From assembly GCA_963772455.1 (NCBI GenBank), contig CAVYXJ010000010.1, positions 256,001-320,000 of the forward strand: a stretch of 64,000 nucleotides of DNA, read 5' to 3'. The stretch is from Candidatus Bathyarchaeota archaeon. Lineage in GTDB: Archaea > Thermoproteota > Bathyarchaeia > Bathyarchaeales > Bathycorpusculaceae. Shown piece by piece: positions 29,885 through 40,850 of the stretch. Numbering within the stretch: position 1 is the first letter of the stretch; every line of letters begins with the position of its first letter. The notes under the pieces were generated by a model. The model was not told where the DNA came from, did not search any database, and saw only the letters and a program-made list of their open reading frames with translations. The translations under genes were made by a program, and so were the position numbers.

Positions 29885-30556
29885 ATGAAAGTTGTTGCTT
29901 CATGGAGCGGCGGAAAAGACAGTGCTTATGCATATTATTTGGCAACCCAGCAAGGCCATCAAGTAATCAACACTTTTACTATGATGATGAGTGAATCTAA
30001 ATCAAACTTCCACATGATACCATCAGGAATCTTGGATTTGCAAGCCGAATCCATCGGGATTCCATTAATCAAAAAAACCACTTCTCCGCAGAATTATGAG
30101 AAAGACTTCAAAGAGGTCCTAATGCAGTGCAAAGCAAAAGGTGCAGAAGGCTTAGTCACAGGCGACATTTACGAAGTCGCTGGACACGAAGAAGGCTGGC
30201 TTGGACGAGTCTGCAAAGAAATCGGTTTAACACCCGTAAAACCATTATGGATGGGCGATACAAAACAAATTTACCTTGAATACCTCAAAACAGGATTCAA
30301 AGCAACAGTTGTACGCACAAAATTGGATAAGCTTGGAATAGATTGGCTTGGAAAAGTGCTGGACCGAAAATTCTACGATGACATCTTAAAACTCGGCAAC
30401 GTTGACCCCTGCGGCGAAGGCGGCGAATACCACACCGTAATCACCGACGGACCCACCTTTAAGAAAAAGATTGAAATTGAGGAAACACAGAAACATAAGC
30501 TTGAAGGCGGCTTTGGATACTTGGAAATAAAAAAATTCAAAGCAGTGCCCAAGTAA
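29885..30556 (+). CDS. Diphthine-ammonia ligase (Dph6)-like PP-loop ATPase
   Basis: SWSGGKDS, TGDI, PLW, DPCGEGGEYHT. Confidence 0.88.
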   Translation: MKVVASWSGGKDSAYAYYLATQQGHQVINTFTMMMSESKSNFHMIPSGILDLQAESIGIPLIKKTTSPQNYEKDFKEVLMQCKAKGAEGLVTGDIYEVAGHEEGWLGRVCKEIGLTPVKPLWMGDTKQIYLEYLKTGFKATVVRTKLDKLGIDWLGKVLDRKFYDDILKLGNVDPCGEGGEYHTVITDGPTFKKKIEIEETQKHKLEGGFGYLEIKKFKAVPK

Positions 30557-30567
30557 AGGGAAACCCC

Positions 30568-31656
30568 ATGGATATACTAATTGCGAATAATGAACTCAAA
30601 GCAAAAGCCTTCTTAGACGAAATTGAAGGCAAAAAACCCCTCTTCATCTGTACCATCGCGACCACCGAAACAGGGAAAATACCCGGTTTATCGGCGGCTG
30701 GAATGAACCCAGATTTTACTGATTTTACTCCGCCAGCAGACGCAGAACTGCTGCTTTTAGGAAAATGCAAATCGATTGCCGGGGTGCCGATAACGCCTGA
30801 CGGAATTCCGACACCAGGATTGATAACGATGTCGGCTTTACGTTTAGCAGACATACCTGTAATGGTTGTTAATGGTGGTGTGAAAGTTAAACCCCAGATT
30901 CCCTACATTGACTTGGGAGGTAGCAGTGGCAGAGATATCCGAACGGGCAATTCCGTCGATAACGTGGAAGAAGTTATTGAACGAGCAAAGATTTTAGGGG
31001 AACAAATGGCTAAAGTGTCGGATTACTTAGTTATTGGCGAGAGCATTCCTGGAGGAACAACAACTGCACTGGGTGTTCTGTCTGCTTTGGGAGTAAATGC
31101 ACAGGGAAAAGTAAGTAGCACCTTACCGGAAAACCCACACAATCTAAAAGCTGAAGTTGTTGCCGCTGGCTTAAAAGCTGCAAAAGAAAAATTCGGCAGT
31201 CTAAAAAATAACCCCATACAAGCGGTTTCCTGCGTAGGCGACCCAATGATGGCGGCTATGGCTGGCTTAGTTATTGGTGGAGCAAAACAGTCGCCTGTAT
31301 TGATGGCTGGTGGAACCCAAATGACTGCTGTTTTAGCAATAATTAACGCTTTAAACCCAGAAGCGCTGTGCAATGTGGCTGTGGGCACGACACGTTGGGT
31401 GGCAAAAGACAAACACTCCGACATCTGCGGCATAGTAAAACAATTCTGCGACGTACCCATTCTGGCGGCTGACCTAGATTTTGGTCCCTCAAAGTATCCA
31501 GGCTTGAGAATTTACGAAACAGGGCTCGTCAAAGAAGGCGTAGGCGCAGGCGGCGCATCAATTGCAGCCATGTCCAAACTTGGTGGCGCCGTCACGAAGG
31601 ATATACTTCTTAAGGAAATAGAGCGTAATTATGCTCTATTGATGAGCATAAAGTGA
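30568..31656 (+). CDS. cobT: Archaeal-type nicotinate-nucleotide:lower-ligand-base phosphoribosyltransferase
   Basis: IPGLSAAG, TPPADAE, GESIPGGTTTA, AGGTQM, VKEGVGAGG. Confidence 0.9.
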   Translation: MDILIANNELKAKAFLDEIEGKKPLFICTIATTETGKIPGLSAAGMNPDFTDFTPPADAELLLLGKCKSIAGVPITPDGIPTPGLITMSALRLADIPVMVVNGGVKVKPQIPYIDLGGSSGRDIRTGNSVDNVEEVIERAKILGEQMAKVSDYLVIGESIPGGTTTALGVLSALGVNAQGKVSSTLPENPHNLKAEVVAAGLKAAKEKFGSLKNNPIQAVSCVGDPMMAAMAGLVIGGAKQSPVLMAGGTQMTAVLAIINALNPEALCNVAVGTTRWVAKDKHSDICGIVKQFCDVPILAADLDFGPSKYPGLRIYETGLVKEGVGAGGASIAAMSKLGGAVTKDILLKEIERNYALLMSIK

Positions 31657-31663
31657 CTCGGGT

Positions 31664-32447
31664 TTGGTTGTTAAAGAGCTAAAGAATCTTTTTTCTTTCT
31701 TAACCGTTTTCCCAGTTGCCATGGACAAAGACTTACTTACGGACTGCGCACGAAACATGTGGGCTTTCCCATTAATCGGTGCTTTTCTTGGGTTACTAGC
31801 TGGCTTGTTCGGGTGGGTGGCATACCAGTTCTTGCCTGGTCTTGTTGTCGGCGCTTTGACGTTGGCTCTACTTCTATGGATGACTGGATTGCATCATACG
31901 GATGGGCTGTTGGACTTTGGCGACGGCATAATGGTGCATGGTTCCGCTGAACGTAAAATTGAAGTTATGCATGACCAGTTGACAGGTGCAGGCGCCATTG
32001 GACTGACTTTTATGACCTACATTATCACTGCTTTCGCATTTGCTGAACTCGGCAGGACTATAGTTCATTGGGAGTTTAGCATTACCCTTAATTTTTCCCG
32101 CTTTAATTGTGATTGAGTTATGCGCAAAATTGTCGATGGTTATAGTTGCTCGGGCAGGAAAATCTGTTCATCAAGGCATGAACTCACCGTTTCTGGAAGC
32201 CATGCATGGAAGCAAGGGCAATTTGCGTTTGGTTGCAGCAATACTGATTTCTTTAGCGATTGCTTTGCCACTTTTGCATTGGGCAGGAGTCTTCACCATT
32301 CTGGCAGGCTTAATAACGGGATTAGTGATGGTTGCAGTTGCACATAAACACTTTAAAGGCGTTACAGGCGACGTTTTTGGAGCCACTAACGAGTTGGCGC
32401 GGATGATTTGCGCCGTTGTTTTGTTGGCGGTAATTGCATGGGTATAG
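31664..32447 (+). CDS. cobS: Cobamide synthase CobS (frameshift near 32070)
   Basis: SFLTVFP, GLHHTDGLLDFGDG, MHDQLTGAG, GVTGDVFGATNE across two frames. Confidence 0.87.
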
Positions 32448-33053
32448 TTGCGCTCGTTATGGCTGGTGGCAAAGGCACACGTATGCGAATTGCAGAAGAG
32501 AAACCACTGGTTAAAGTCTGTGGCAAACCCGTTATCGAATACGTACTTGCAGCATTAAAGGACTGCCAAAAAAATCGACTCCATCATTGTCGCCACTTCT
32601 AGTTGTACACCCAAAACCACCCAACTAATGAAGCAACTCGGAGTCCAAGTTATCGAAACCCCTGGCAAAGACTACGTTTCCGACATGGGCTACGCTGTTC
32701 AAACCCTCAAACTCGGCATTTTCTTAGCCATCGCCGCTGATCTACCACTGGTCAAGGGTGAAATGATAGATTCTGTCGTGGAACGATATGAGGACTGCGG
32801 AAAACCTGCATTGACAGTTGCGGTTCCGCTGGAAATCAAAGCTAAACTCGGCATGTGCATCGGATATTCTTTCAAAGCCGACGACCAAGATGTTGTACCT
32901 GTCGGAATCAACGTTATCGATGGGCACAAACGGTATGGTGACGAGTGGCTTGACCAAGATATCTATTTGATGGAGATCGAGGAATTAGCAGTCAATATTA
33001 ATACGGTGCAGGAACTTCAACTGGCTGAACGGTTACTGTCTCAAAAAACATAG
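32438..33053 (+). CDS. cobY: GTP:adenosylcobinamide-phosphate guanylyltransferase CobY (frameshift in A-run near 32570)
   Basis: MAGGKGTRM...EKPL, TPGKDYVSD, AADLP, VNINT. Confidence 0.85.
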
Positions 33054-33232
33054 AAAAGCGGTATCTGGTTCTAAACTTTTCTTCACTCAAAATAAGTTCA
33101 AATTTTCAATATATTAATGAGCGTTGTAAACGTGAATACAACTTGCCACTCTTAGACTATTGTGCTTACTTACCTCCATAAGCTACTTCATTGGGTTCCT
33201 ATTAGGATCCAAATATTAACCCAAAAATGATG

Positions 33233-34112
33233 CTATGATGTTTTTGGTTGTTTAGTTTCGATAACTTCTTTCAGTGTTTCCTTCATTTTTCTTGCATCAA
33301 CATCTAGAAATGGGTGATTCGCAAATCATTGTTGGATGCAACCCAAAATCCACAATTACTTCAGCGAGCAATCTGAATTCTGGTCCATACCTTTCTTCGT
33401 CGAGGGTGTGGTGACATTTTTCGCCTTGACTTGAAAACTCTATCTTTGAGAAGTGACAATGCATGTTCCTGAGCGTTTCTGTTCCAAGCTTTAACTCGAC
33501 TTTTTCGGCGATTGCGCGGAAGTCCTCGACTTTTTTGAGGGCGCCTAGGTGTAACGCGTGCAGGTGACCCCAGTCAATGACTAGTTGTGTGCCTTCGACT
33601 TCTTGGCAGATGGTTAAGATTTCGTCGATGGTGCCCACTTGGGATTTCTTACCCATGGTTTCTGGTCCAAGCTTGGCTTTTAACCCGAGAGCTTTCATTT
33701 CTGTGCTGATTTCTTTGAGGGCGACTATGCAGGTTTTAAGGGCGTAGTCTTTTTCGAATTTACCGTAAAAACCAGTATGGAAAACAACGACGTAGGCGCC
33801 CATCCAGTCGGCGGCGGTGGCGCAAGCTATTAGGCGCCGTTTGCTGGCTTCCACAACCTCTTTTTTGCCTGACAGGTTAACAAAGTAGGAGCCGTGCATG
33901 CTTAGTTTAACATCGTTTTTTCTTGATTCATCCCCAAGTTTTCGTGCGTCTTCTATTTTCATCTGCGGCTTAGGTCCCCAGCGTGAAGCTTGATACTCAA
34001 AAGCGTCTAATCCCTCTTCATGCAGAAGCTTGGGTACGTCAGCCATAGTTGCGCCTAGAAGCCTGAACATTGGTGGAACGCCTGCTGGTCCAAAACGAGT
34101 TTGCTCTGCCAT
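33233..34112 (-). CDS. Endonuclease IV-like TIM-barrel protein (frameshift near 33310)
   Basis: RFGPAG, HGSYFVNL, FHTG, ETMGK, DWGH, HCHFS, ICESP. Confidence 0.88.
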
Positions 34113-34285
34113 TCTAATCCCTTTCACCCTTTAGGTCACGTTGGCAATATTGTTTTCTCTTAAAATGCGATAGTGAAGAAGGATAACAGTTAGAGAAAAA
34201 AGATTAGGGAATCTAAACATTTGACTATCCAAAAATTTTTGATTCCATTCGCGTTTAATGTGACAGTTGGATTGAGATCCATCTA

Positions 34286-35068
34286 TTATAATAACTGAGT
34301 GATTGTTGGGATCGATACAAAAAAGTGCACGTAAACAGCTATAGCCAATATTCCAAAAGCAATTGCTAATAATGTATAGTCGCCTTTGTGTAACTTAAGT
34401 AAATACAAGTTTGTGCGTTTTTTTGTGGCTCCCCATGCTCGTGACTCCATTGCCTCCGCTAGCTCCAAACTCCTGCGAATGGCACTAACAATCAACGGGA
34501 TAAGTACAGGTACATAATTTCTAATTCTTTTAAGCAAGCCACCCTTCTCGAGCTCCAATCCACGGGCTTTCTGGGCATCCATAATTGTCTGGGCTTCCTC
34601 AGCTAAAACAGGAACAAAACGCACTGCAGTCGTAAAGGCAAAAGCGAATTCGTAGGGCACGCGTGATTCCTCCAGAGCCAAACCTAAGTGATCTGGTGAA
34701 GTGGTTAGGAAAAAAACTGAAAACGACTCAACGAGCACGACAAAGCGCAAAGTCATTGCTGCTGCATTCTCCACATTTTGAGCCGTCAACAAGTACCCTG
34801 AAGTGAAATAGGTTGTGCCAACGTTAACTACGAAAATGAATGTGGCAAGAAAAGCTGCTCCACGTAGTGAACGTAGCCACTGCCTCTGAACACGTGCTAA
34901 AAGAACAAAAGGTATCTGCATAAAGAACAAGAGAAGCAACGGAATAATCTGGAAAAAGAGAATAGCTACGATAAAGATAGCGATGACATACACGAACTTT
35001 ATTCGGGGGTCTAGATTGTGGATTGGAGAGTAAACTTTTCTGAACCTTAGACCGTCAAAAACGCTCAT
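34286..35068 (-). CDS. ecfT: ECF transporter transmembrane T component
   Basis: LDPRIK, RFVP, AQKARG, AMESR. Confidence 0.92.
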   Translation of the reverse strand: MSVFDGLRFRKVYSPIHNLDPRIKFVYVIAIFIVAILFFQIIPLLLLFFMQIPFVLLARVQRQWLRSLRGAAFLATFIFVVNVGTTYFTSGYLLTAQNVENAAAMTLRFVVLVESFSVFFLTTSPDHLGLALEESRVPYEFAFAFTTAVRFVPVLAEEAQTIMDAQKARGLELEKGGLLKRIRNYVPVLIPLIVSAIRRSLELAEAMESRAWGATKKRTNLYLLKLHKGDYTLLAIAFGILAIAVYVHFFVSIPTITQLL

Positions 35069-35892
35069 ATGCCCTGTTTGCTCTCCTTGGCTTTCAATAT
35101 GATTGCTTTGGCTTCGTAAATATCAATTATGTCCTTGGGAAAACCTAGTGGCTCAAGTTTATTGAAAACTTGAGCTATCTGTGGCAACACAATTGACGAT
35201 AACTCTAAAAGTGCTGGGTCAGTGAGGATTTCTTTTCCGACACCATCCGCAACGATCTTGCCATCTTTCATCAATACTACACGTGGGTTGCATTCTGCCA
35301 CAAACTCCACATCGTGCGTCACAGTTACAACTGTTTTCTTCTGCGACTGCATCTGAATGATGAATTGGCGAAGCTTCTCCTTCTGCTCATGGTCCTGCCC
35401 AATAGTTGGTTCATCTAAAATCAACGTTTTTGGGTCCCAAGCTAAAACCGAAGCCAACGCCACCCGTTTTCGTTCCCCCCCGCTAAGCAAGAAAGGTGAG
35501 GTTTTTCTGTACTGAGTTAACGACATCAGGTTCAAAGCCCAAGTAACTCGTTCTTCGATAACTTCTGTTTTGAAACCGAAGTTTTTGAGGGCAAAAGCGA
35601 TTTCTTCTTCGACTGTTTCGCTGAATAGTTGGTGATCAGGGTTTTGGAAAACGAAGCCCACGTTTCGCGCTAAGGCTGCAACGCTTGACTTAGTTGTTTC
35701 AACGCCATCTACGCGGACTTTACCTTGTGAAGGCTTCAATAATCCGTTAAAGTGTTTGACAAGGGTTGATTTTCCAGCACCGTTCTGCCCCATAATGGCG
35801 ACAAATTCGCCGTCTTGGATGGTTAGTGAGACGCCTTTTAGAGCTTCGACTTTGTTGGGGTAAGAATAGCGGATGTCTTGTGCCTCAATCAT
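35065..35892 (-). CDS. ecfA: ECF transporter ATPase
   Basis: GQNGAGKS, FQNPDHQ, LSGGE, LDEPT. Confidence 0.92.
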   Translation of the reverse strand: MIEAQDIRYSYPNKVEALKGVSLTIQDGEFVAIMGQNGAGKSTLVKHFNGLLKPSQGKVRVDGVETTKSSVAALARNVGFVFQNPDHQLFSETVEEEIAFALKNFGFKTEVIEERVTWALNLMSLTQYRKTSPFLLSGGERKRVALASVLAWDPKTLILDEPTIGQDHEQKEKLRQFIIQMQSQKKTVVTVTHDVEFVAECNPRVVLMKDGKIVADGVGKEILTDPALLELSSIVLPQIAQVFNKLEPLGFPKDIIDIYEAKAIILKAKESKQGI

Positions 35893-36740
35893 TTGGGCGA
35901 TAGCTCCTTAATCAATTGATCAGCTAATTCCTCAGAGGATAACGGGGTTCTGTCATCTAGATTTAAGCCTTCTTTTTTGAGCATCTGATAAAGCAGTGTC
36001 GCCTTTGGAATTCCAACTCCGATTAAACGGGTTTCCTCTGAGCTTAGGATTTGCCTTGGATCGCCTTCAAACCGCACTTTTCCTTCATCCATAACGATGA
36101 GGTGATTAGCATATTTGGCTGTCAAATCCAAACGGTGCTCAACAAGGATGACCGTGATTCCTTGCTCCTTGTTTAATCTATAAATTACCTCAAATATTTT
36201 CTCAGCACTTAGCGGGTCAAGAAAAGAAGTAGGCTCATCTAAAACGATGACTTCTGGCTCCATTGCAAGCACAGATGCAATTGCTACGCGTTGCTGTTGT
36301 CCCCCTGAGATTTCGTGGGGTGAACGTTCGCGTATATCATAGATGCCTGTTTGGTTGAGTGCCCAATCAACTTTTCTTCGCATTTCCTCACGTGGAACCC
36401 CCATATTTTCCAATCCAAATGCCACATCTTTTTCAATTGATAATGCGAAAAGTTGGTTTTCAGGGTTCTGGAATACCAAACCAACGTGTTTTGCCATCTC
36501 GTAGGTGTGATGTTTAAGCGTGTCAATTCCAGAAACAGAAATTTCACCTTTTAATTCGCCTTGATAAAAATGAGGAACCAATCCGTTGAAGCATCGGCAC
36601 AAAGTTGTTTTTCCACAACCACTTGGACCAGTAATCAAAACAAATTCTCCTTTCTCTACTCTAATTGAAACATCCACAATTGATGGTCTTGTGGCACCTG
36701 GATAGGTGTAAGAAAGGTTTTTTGTTTCAATTATTGCCAT
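35889..36740 (-). CDS. ecfA: ECF transporter ATPase
   Basis: GPSGCGKT, FQNPENQ, ISGGQ, LDEPT. Confidence 0.92.
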   Translation of the reverse strand: MAIIETKNLSYTYPGATRPSIVDVSIRVEKGEFVLITGPSGCGKTTLCRCFNGLVPHFYQGELKGEISVSGIDTLKHHTYEMAKHVGLVFQNPENQLFALSIEKDVAFGLENMGVPREEMRRKVDWALNQTGIYDIRERSPHEISGGQQQRVAIASVLAMEPEVIVLDEPTSFLDPLSAEKIFEVIYRLNKEQGITVILVEHRLDLTAKYANHLIVMDEGKVRFEGDPRQILSSEETRLIGVGIPKATLLYQMLKKEGLNLDDRTPLSSEELADQLIKELSPK

Positions 36741-36792
36741 ATTTATTGTGCCTGCTTAAATTAAGCGTGAGAGTTTGCTCATTTAAGCGTAA

Positions 36793-37788
36793 CTACGCAG
36801 TTTTGGCTATTTTCTGTTTTAAAAGTACAAGACATTGTTTAAGCGCTTCTTGGATTTCGCCTGTCCCGCTTACACCTGAAGCCATAGCATGTCCACCGCC
36901 AACCCCATGCAAATACTCGCCAAGCGGTGCAGCAATATCAACCCCTAAATGAACACCTGCTAACTCATTGAATTGACGCGTTGACCTCAAACTCAACTCA
37001 ACTTTTCCATTCTTTTTCCCTGCTACAGCCGACATATGCGCCCCTAAATCAACAAGAGCTTTGGCAGCAGGAGCCTGATAAGCACTAACATGAGAAAGTG
37101 CAATAATCCAACCTTCAACCTTTATGATTTTTGCTCTCTTGCAAGCCTTCAGCTTCGCAACCCGCTCAGAAGGGTCTATTGGTAGGGCAAACTGTGCCAA
37201 TGTTTGCTGAGCATCTATACCTTTGACAACTAATTTAGCAATAATCTCAAAAGTCGGCGAATTAGCCAACGCAAAATGCCTAGTATCAAAGGCTATGCCG
37301 ATAAACAGTGCTTTTGCCTCGTTAAGGTTAGGCTCAACTTCCGCTTGGCTGAAAAGTCGATAGATTAATTCGCAGTTAGCAGCTGCTTTTTCGTCTACTA
37401 AGCAGAACTTGCATGTTTGCATCGTTTCAGGGCTGGGTGCATGGTGGTCGATGATTAGTTTGGGTGAAGGAGATTTCTTTATGATATTGGCAAATTCATC
37501 TAGTTGCTCAACTGTGTTCATGTCTAAGAGTACTATGGCTTCTGCTGATTCAATGTTGGGTTTAAGGTTCACAGTTATGGGCATGCGTTCAAACAGTACT
37601 TTAGCTGGCTTGTTGACTCCCTGTGGACAGCCAATCTCTATGACTGCGTTTGGCAAAAAACGTTTAAGCAAACCTTGCAATGCGTAAGCTGAACAAATCG
37701 CGTCAGCGTCAGCACTACGATGACAAAGTAAAAGAATGAATGATGCCTTTGCATCTTCTAAAACTTGAAGTAATTCTTTAAAGCTCAT
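36793..37788 (-). CDS. DHH/DHHA1 phosphoesterase
   Basis: HRSADADA, IDHH, DTRHF, GGGH. Confidence 0.9.
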   Translation of the reverse strand: MSFKELLQVLEDAKASFILLLCHRSADADAICSAYALQGLLKRFLPNAVIEIGCPQGVNKPAKVLFERMPITVNLKPNIESAEAIVLLDMNTVEQLDEFANIIKKSPSPKLIIDHHAPSPETMQTCKFCLVDEKAAANCELIYRLFSQAEVEPNLNEAKALFIGIAFDTRHFALANSPTFEIIAKLVVKGIDAQQTLAQFALPIDPSERVAKLKACKRAKIIKVEGWIIALSHVSAYQAPAAKALVDLGAHMSAVAGKKNGKVELSLRSTRQFNELAGVHLGVDIAAPLGEYLHGVGGGHAMASGVSGTGEIQEALKQCLVLLKQKIAKTA

Positions 37789-38081
37789 TTTATCTTTCTC
37801 AAAAAGTTTTCAGTAGCTTTGTGTGCCTCATTCACTGCATCTTTAACCAAAGTATCAGCATCAACACTTTTCGTTTGGGGGTCTAAAATAAGGTCGATTT
37901 CAACTGTTACATTTACTGGTTTTGACCCATCAGCTTCAACGCTAATATCTAAGCGATGAATATCTTTGTTAGAAACTTTGGATAAAACATATTTTCTGGC
38001 GGCGTTTTCGGCGGTGGAGCAAAGATTTTCAATTTGCTCAGTGGTTAGCTCTGGGAATCCGAGCTCTACCACAAGCTTCAC
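37785..38081 (-). CDS. DUF3194-like protein
   Basis: Size, acidic composition and conserved position between pfdB and the DHH gene. Confidence 0.65.
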   Translation of the reverse strand: MKLVVELGFPELTTEQIENLCSTAENAARKYVLSKVSNKDIHRLDISVEADGSKPVNVTVEIDLILDPQTKSVDADTLVKDAVNEAHKATENFLRKIK

Positions 38082-38082
38082 C

Positions 38083-38457
38083 TTAAGATAGGGGTTGACC
38101 AGAGACGGGACTTAGGTCTTCTTGTAGTTTGGTTTGTGCTTCTTTAACTTGGCTGCGTATGCGTTCTTCTTGTCTTGTCATTACAGTGCTTCTTGTATCT
38201 AAAAGCGATTTGCGCTCTGCAAGTTCTTCGTTTACTTTTGGTTTTTCTGCCTTAACAAGTAGCGAGCCAATTGCTTTGTAGATGACTGCGTCATCAGGTG
38301 TTTTTTGTAGCTCAGCTAAGGTTTGTTCGACCTCGGTTTTTTCCATGTCAACCTGCTGTTTCTGCGCTAAGATAGATTGTAAGGTTTGCTGCAGTTGTTG
38401 AAGCCTGAGAAGTCGTTCTTGAACGTTAGGCGGTAATTTTGAAATTTCGTCACTCAC
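38083..38457 (-). CDS. pfdB: Prefoldin beta subunit
   Basis: LPPNVQ, coiled coils, IYKAIGSLLVK. Confidence 0.93.
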   Translation of the reverse strand: MSDEISKLPPNVQERLLRLQQLQQTLQSILAQKQQVDMEKTEVEQTLAELQKTPDDAVIYKAIGSLLVKAEKPKVNEELAERKSLLDTRSTVMTRQEERIRSQVKEAQTKLQEDLSPVSGQPLS

Positions 38458-38537
38458 TTTTTATTCCTTCCGTACCAGCAATAAGATAAGCTCTTAATTA
38501 AGCATTTCCAACCTAAAACGCGGTTGATTTGGGCATG

Positions 38538-39827
38538 TTAAATTGCTGTAGCGTTCCAATAGTATACTTTCTGGTAAGCCACGTTTGTAATAGGGTATGT
38601 TGAATCCTCATAAACTATGTCTAAGTTGACGCCGTAATAGTATATGCACATAGCAGTTACGACTGCAACCTGATTTGTTCGGTTGTCAGTTAACCAGAAA
38701 CCCCACACGGTATCATTGGGGTTGCGTAGGCCCCAACCGAAGTTTTTGGGCAAAACCAAGGCAGCTTGAGGGCTGCTTAAATCGGCATATTGTTTGGTGG
38801 TTATATCGTTCCAGAATCTTTGGAGCGCAGCAAAATGGTCATCTGTGAGGGTTCCGTAGACGCCCCCTTCGTAGGGGTAATTGAAAACGGCGATGTATTT
38901 TGCTCCCGCTTGATATGACATTAACATCTGATTGTAAATTTCATCCCCACTATCAAGGTAGGGCGGCGAACGATACTTCCAGGTAATCATTGTTCCCCAC
39001 TCTTTATCCTGCAACCTAGCAGCTCCTTTAACTAAGGCAATTTGCTCCGCAATACTAACATTCCAGCCTAACTCTGCGAACATAACATCATATCCGCCTT
39101 TGTAATCCCACCAATACAAACCATAATCCGACGTAAAGGTTCGAATACCGGCGGCTGTCAGGTTTTCAATACCAGGATCATGGGTGATAACATAATCCAT
39201 GAAAAACTCAGCTTCTAATTCATAATCGTCGGGGGATGGTTTAGTTCCGTTTTCGACGTAAGCAGCTAGTTTCAGAGCAATCTCATTTAGTGATCGCAAG
39301 GCTGGAAAACTGCTGTTGCCAAGGTGCTTCATGGTTTCCTCATAGAATTGTCTCCAACTGCCATCCAATTGAATGCCTCCTGGTTCATCGTTATAGTAAA
39401 TGCCTAAGAATTTGTCCCCCCATCTCTGTGTCCACTGCTGTTTTATGCCCTCAAGAGAAGCTTGATCCCAAAACCAATTAGAAGAGTCATACTCATTTTT
39501 AACTCCCAAATTAACAATAATGTATAAACCCTTGCCGACAGCGTAATCGCACACTTCCTCAACCTTTGACTGATCAGCGCTTATTGGGTTTCTACCCGAA
39601 TCCAAAATAAATAAGTTAGTATAACTTTTCACTTTGTCGATGAGTTGTTTTGCCTGGTCTGTCGTGTTTCCACAAAATGCGACACCCACATAAGCATTGG
39701 GTTGAGCTTTGATTTGGTTGCCATTAGAAGACGACAAGTAAACTGTAAATATCGAAACAGCTAAAATTACAATTAGGAATGTTGGAACCAAAAATTTCCT
39801 AACCCGATTAGAGCTGCTCATGCCCAA
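38538..39827 (-). CDS. Membrane-anchored or secreted hypothetical protein
   Basis: N-terminal TM, then an aromatic-rich domain with FLGIYYNDEPGG. Confidence 0.75.
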   Translation of the reverse strand: MGMSSSNRVRKFLVPTFLIVILAVSIFTVYLSSSNGNQIKAQPNAYVGVAFCGNTTDQAKQLIDKVKSYTNLFILDSGRNPISADQSKVEEVCDYAVGKGLYIIVNLGVKNEYDSSNWFWDQASLEGIKQQWTQRWGDKFLGIYYNDEPGGIQLDGSWRQFYEETMKHLGNSSFPALRSLNEIALKLAAYVENGTKPSPDDYELEAEFFMDYVITHDPGIENLTAAGIRTFTSDYGLYWWDYKGGYDVMFAELGWNVSIAEQIALVKGAARLQDKEWGTMITWKYRSPPYLDSGDEIYNQMLMSYQAGAKYIAVFNYPYEGGVYGTLTDDHFAALQRFWNDITTKQYADLSSPQAALVLPKNFGWGLRNPNDTVWGFWLTDNRTNQVAVVTAMCIYYYGVNLDIVYEDSTYPITNVAYQKVYYWNATAI

Positions 39828-39958
39828 ACCTTACTATACAATATAGTTACTCTATCCTTAAGGTTTTACCCAAATCACTTTTTATGAAAATCAGAGAATT
39901 TTGTGAAGTCTTTTTAAGTATCCAAACATTAACCAAGAACACAAGAGGCGAAGGACAA

Positions 39959-40330
39959 GTGGAACGCGCCAAAGTCGTAAAGGAAGAAGTGCAAGAGAAA
40001 GACATTCGTTTTCTAGCAGTTTATGTGGAAGCTAAAAACTCAATCATGATTATGCTGAGTGAAAAAGAAGACAAGCTTGGTACTTTGGCAATCGCTGTTC
40101 CAAAACCCAAAGACCTTCTTGGCTCAGTAACTTCATCTGTGCTCTTAGGTGATAAGAATGTTATTTCAGCACGGATGTTTGCGGAACTTGTTGCTTCTAA
40201 GAAAGGTAAAATCGCTATGGTATCAGTCTATCTTGAAACAGTAACTGAACTGCAAGCACAATCATTCTTTATGCATCTTATCGACAAATTGATTAAAAGT
40301 GAAAGCCATAAAGAACCCACAGCAATCTAA
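39959..40330 (+). CDS. Proteasome assembly chaperone PAC4-like protein
   Basis: KLGTLAIAVP...SSVLLG...ARMFAE...KIAMVSV pattern; GTG start chosen. Confidence 0.55.
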   Translation: MERAKVVKEEVQEKDIRFLAVYVEAKNSIMIMLSEKEDKLGTLAIAVPKPKDLLGSVTSSVLLGDKNVISARMFAELVASKKGKIAMVSVYLETVTELQAQSFFMHLIDKLIKSESHKEPTAI

Positions 40331-40354
40331 CTTTTTCTGCAAAGTGAAATTGTA

Positions 40355-40850
40355 ATGATTTGCAAACTAACAAACATTAACTTTCAAGATATTTTAACCG
40401 TGATAAACGACGCTGCCACTGCTTACAAAGGCAAAATACCAAAGGATAGATGGAAAGAACCATACATGACTGCCCAAGAACTAAAAGAAGAAATTCTAAG
40501 CGGCATTCACTTCTATGGCTATTTAGAAAATAACACTTTAATCGCAGTTATGGGGATTCAACTTGTCAACGATGTTACATTAATCAGACATGCATACACT
40601 CTGACAAACCACCAGCGAAAAGGCATAGGGGAAAAACTCTTAAAATCATCTGCTAATTTTAGCCCAAACGGAAAGGATTCTTGTTGGAACTTGGGAAACC
40701 GCGACCTGGGCAGTCAGATTCTATGAAAACCATGGATTTAGACTTCTTTCAAGAGAAGAAACAAATAAAGTCCTAAAGAAATACTGGAACATTCCTGCGC
40801 GACAAATAGAGACTTCAGTTGTGCTTGAACATGATAGGAACCCCCAATGA
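40355..40850 (+). CDS. GNAT acetyltransferase (frameshift near 40643)
   Basis: HQRKGIGEKLL; continues in another frame as ILVGTW...AVRFYENHGF. Confidence 0.85.
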
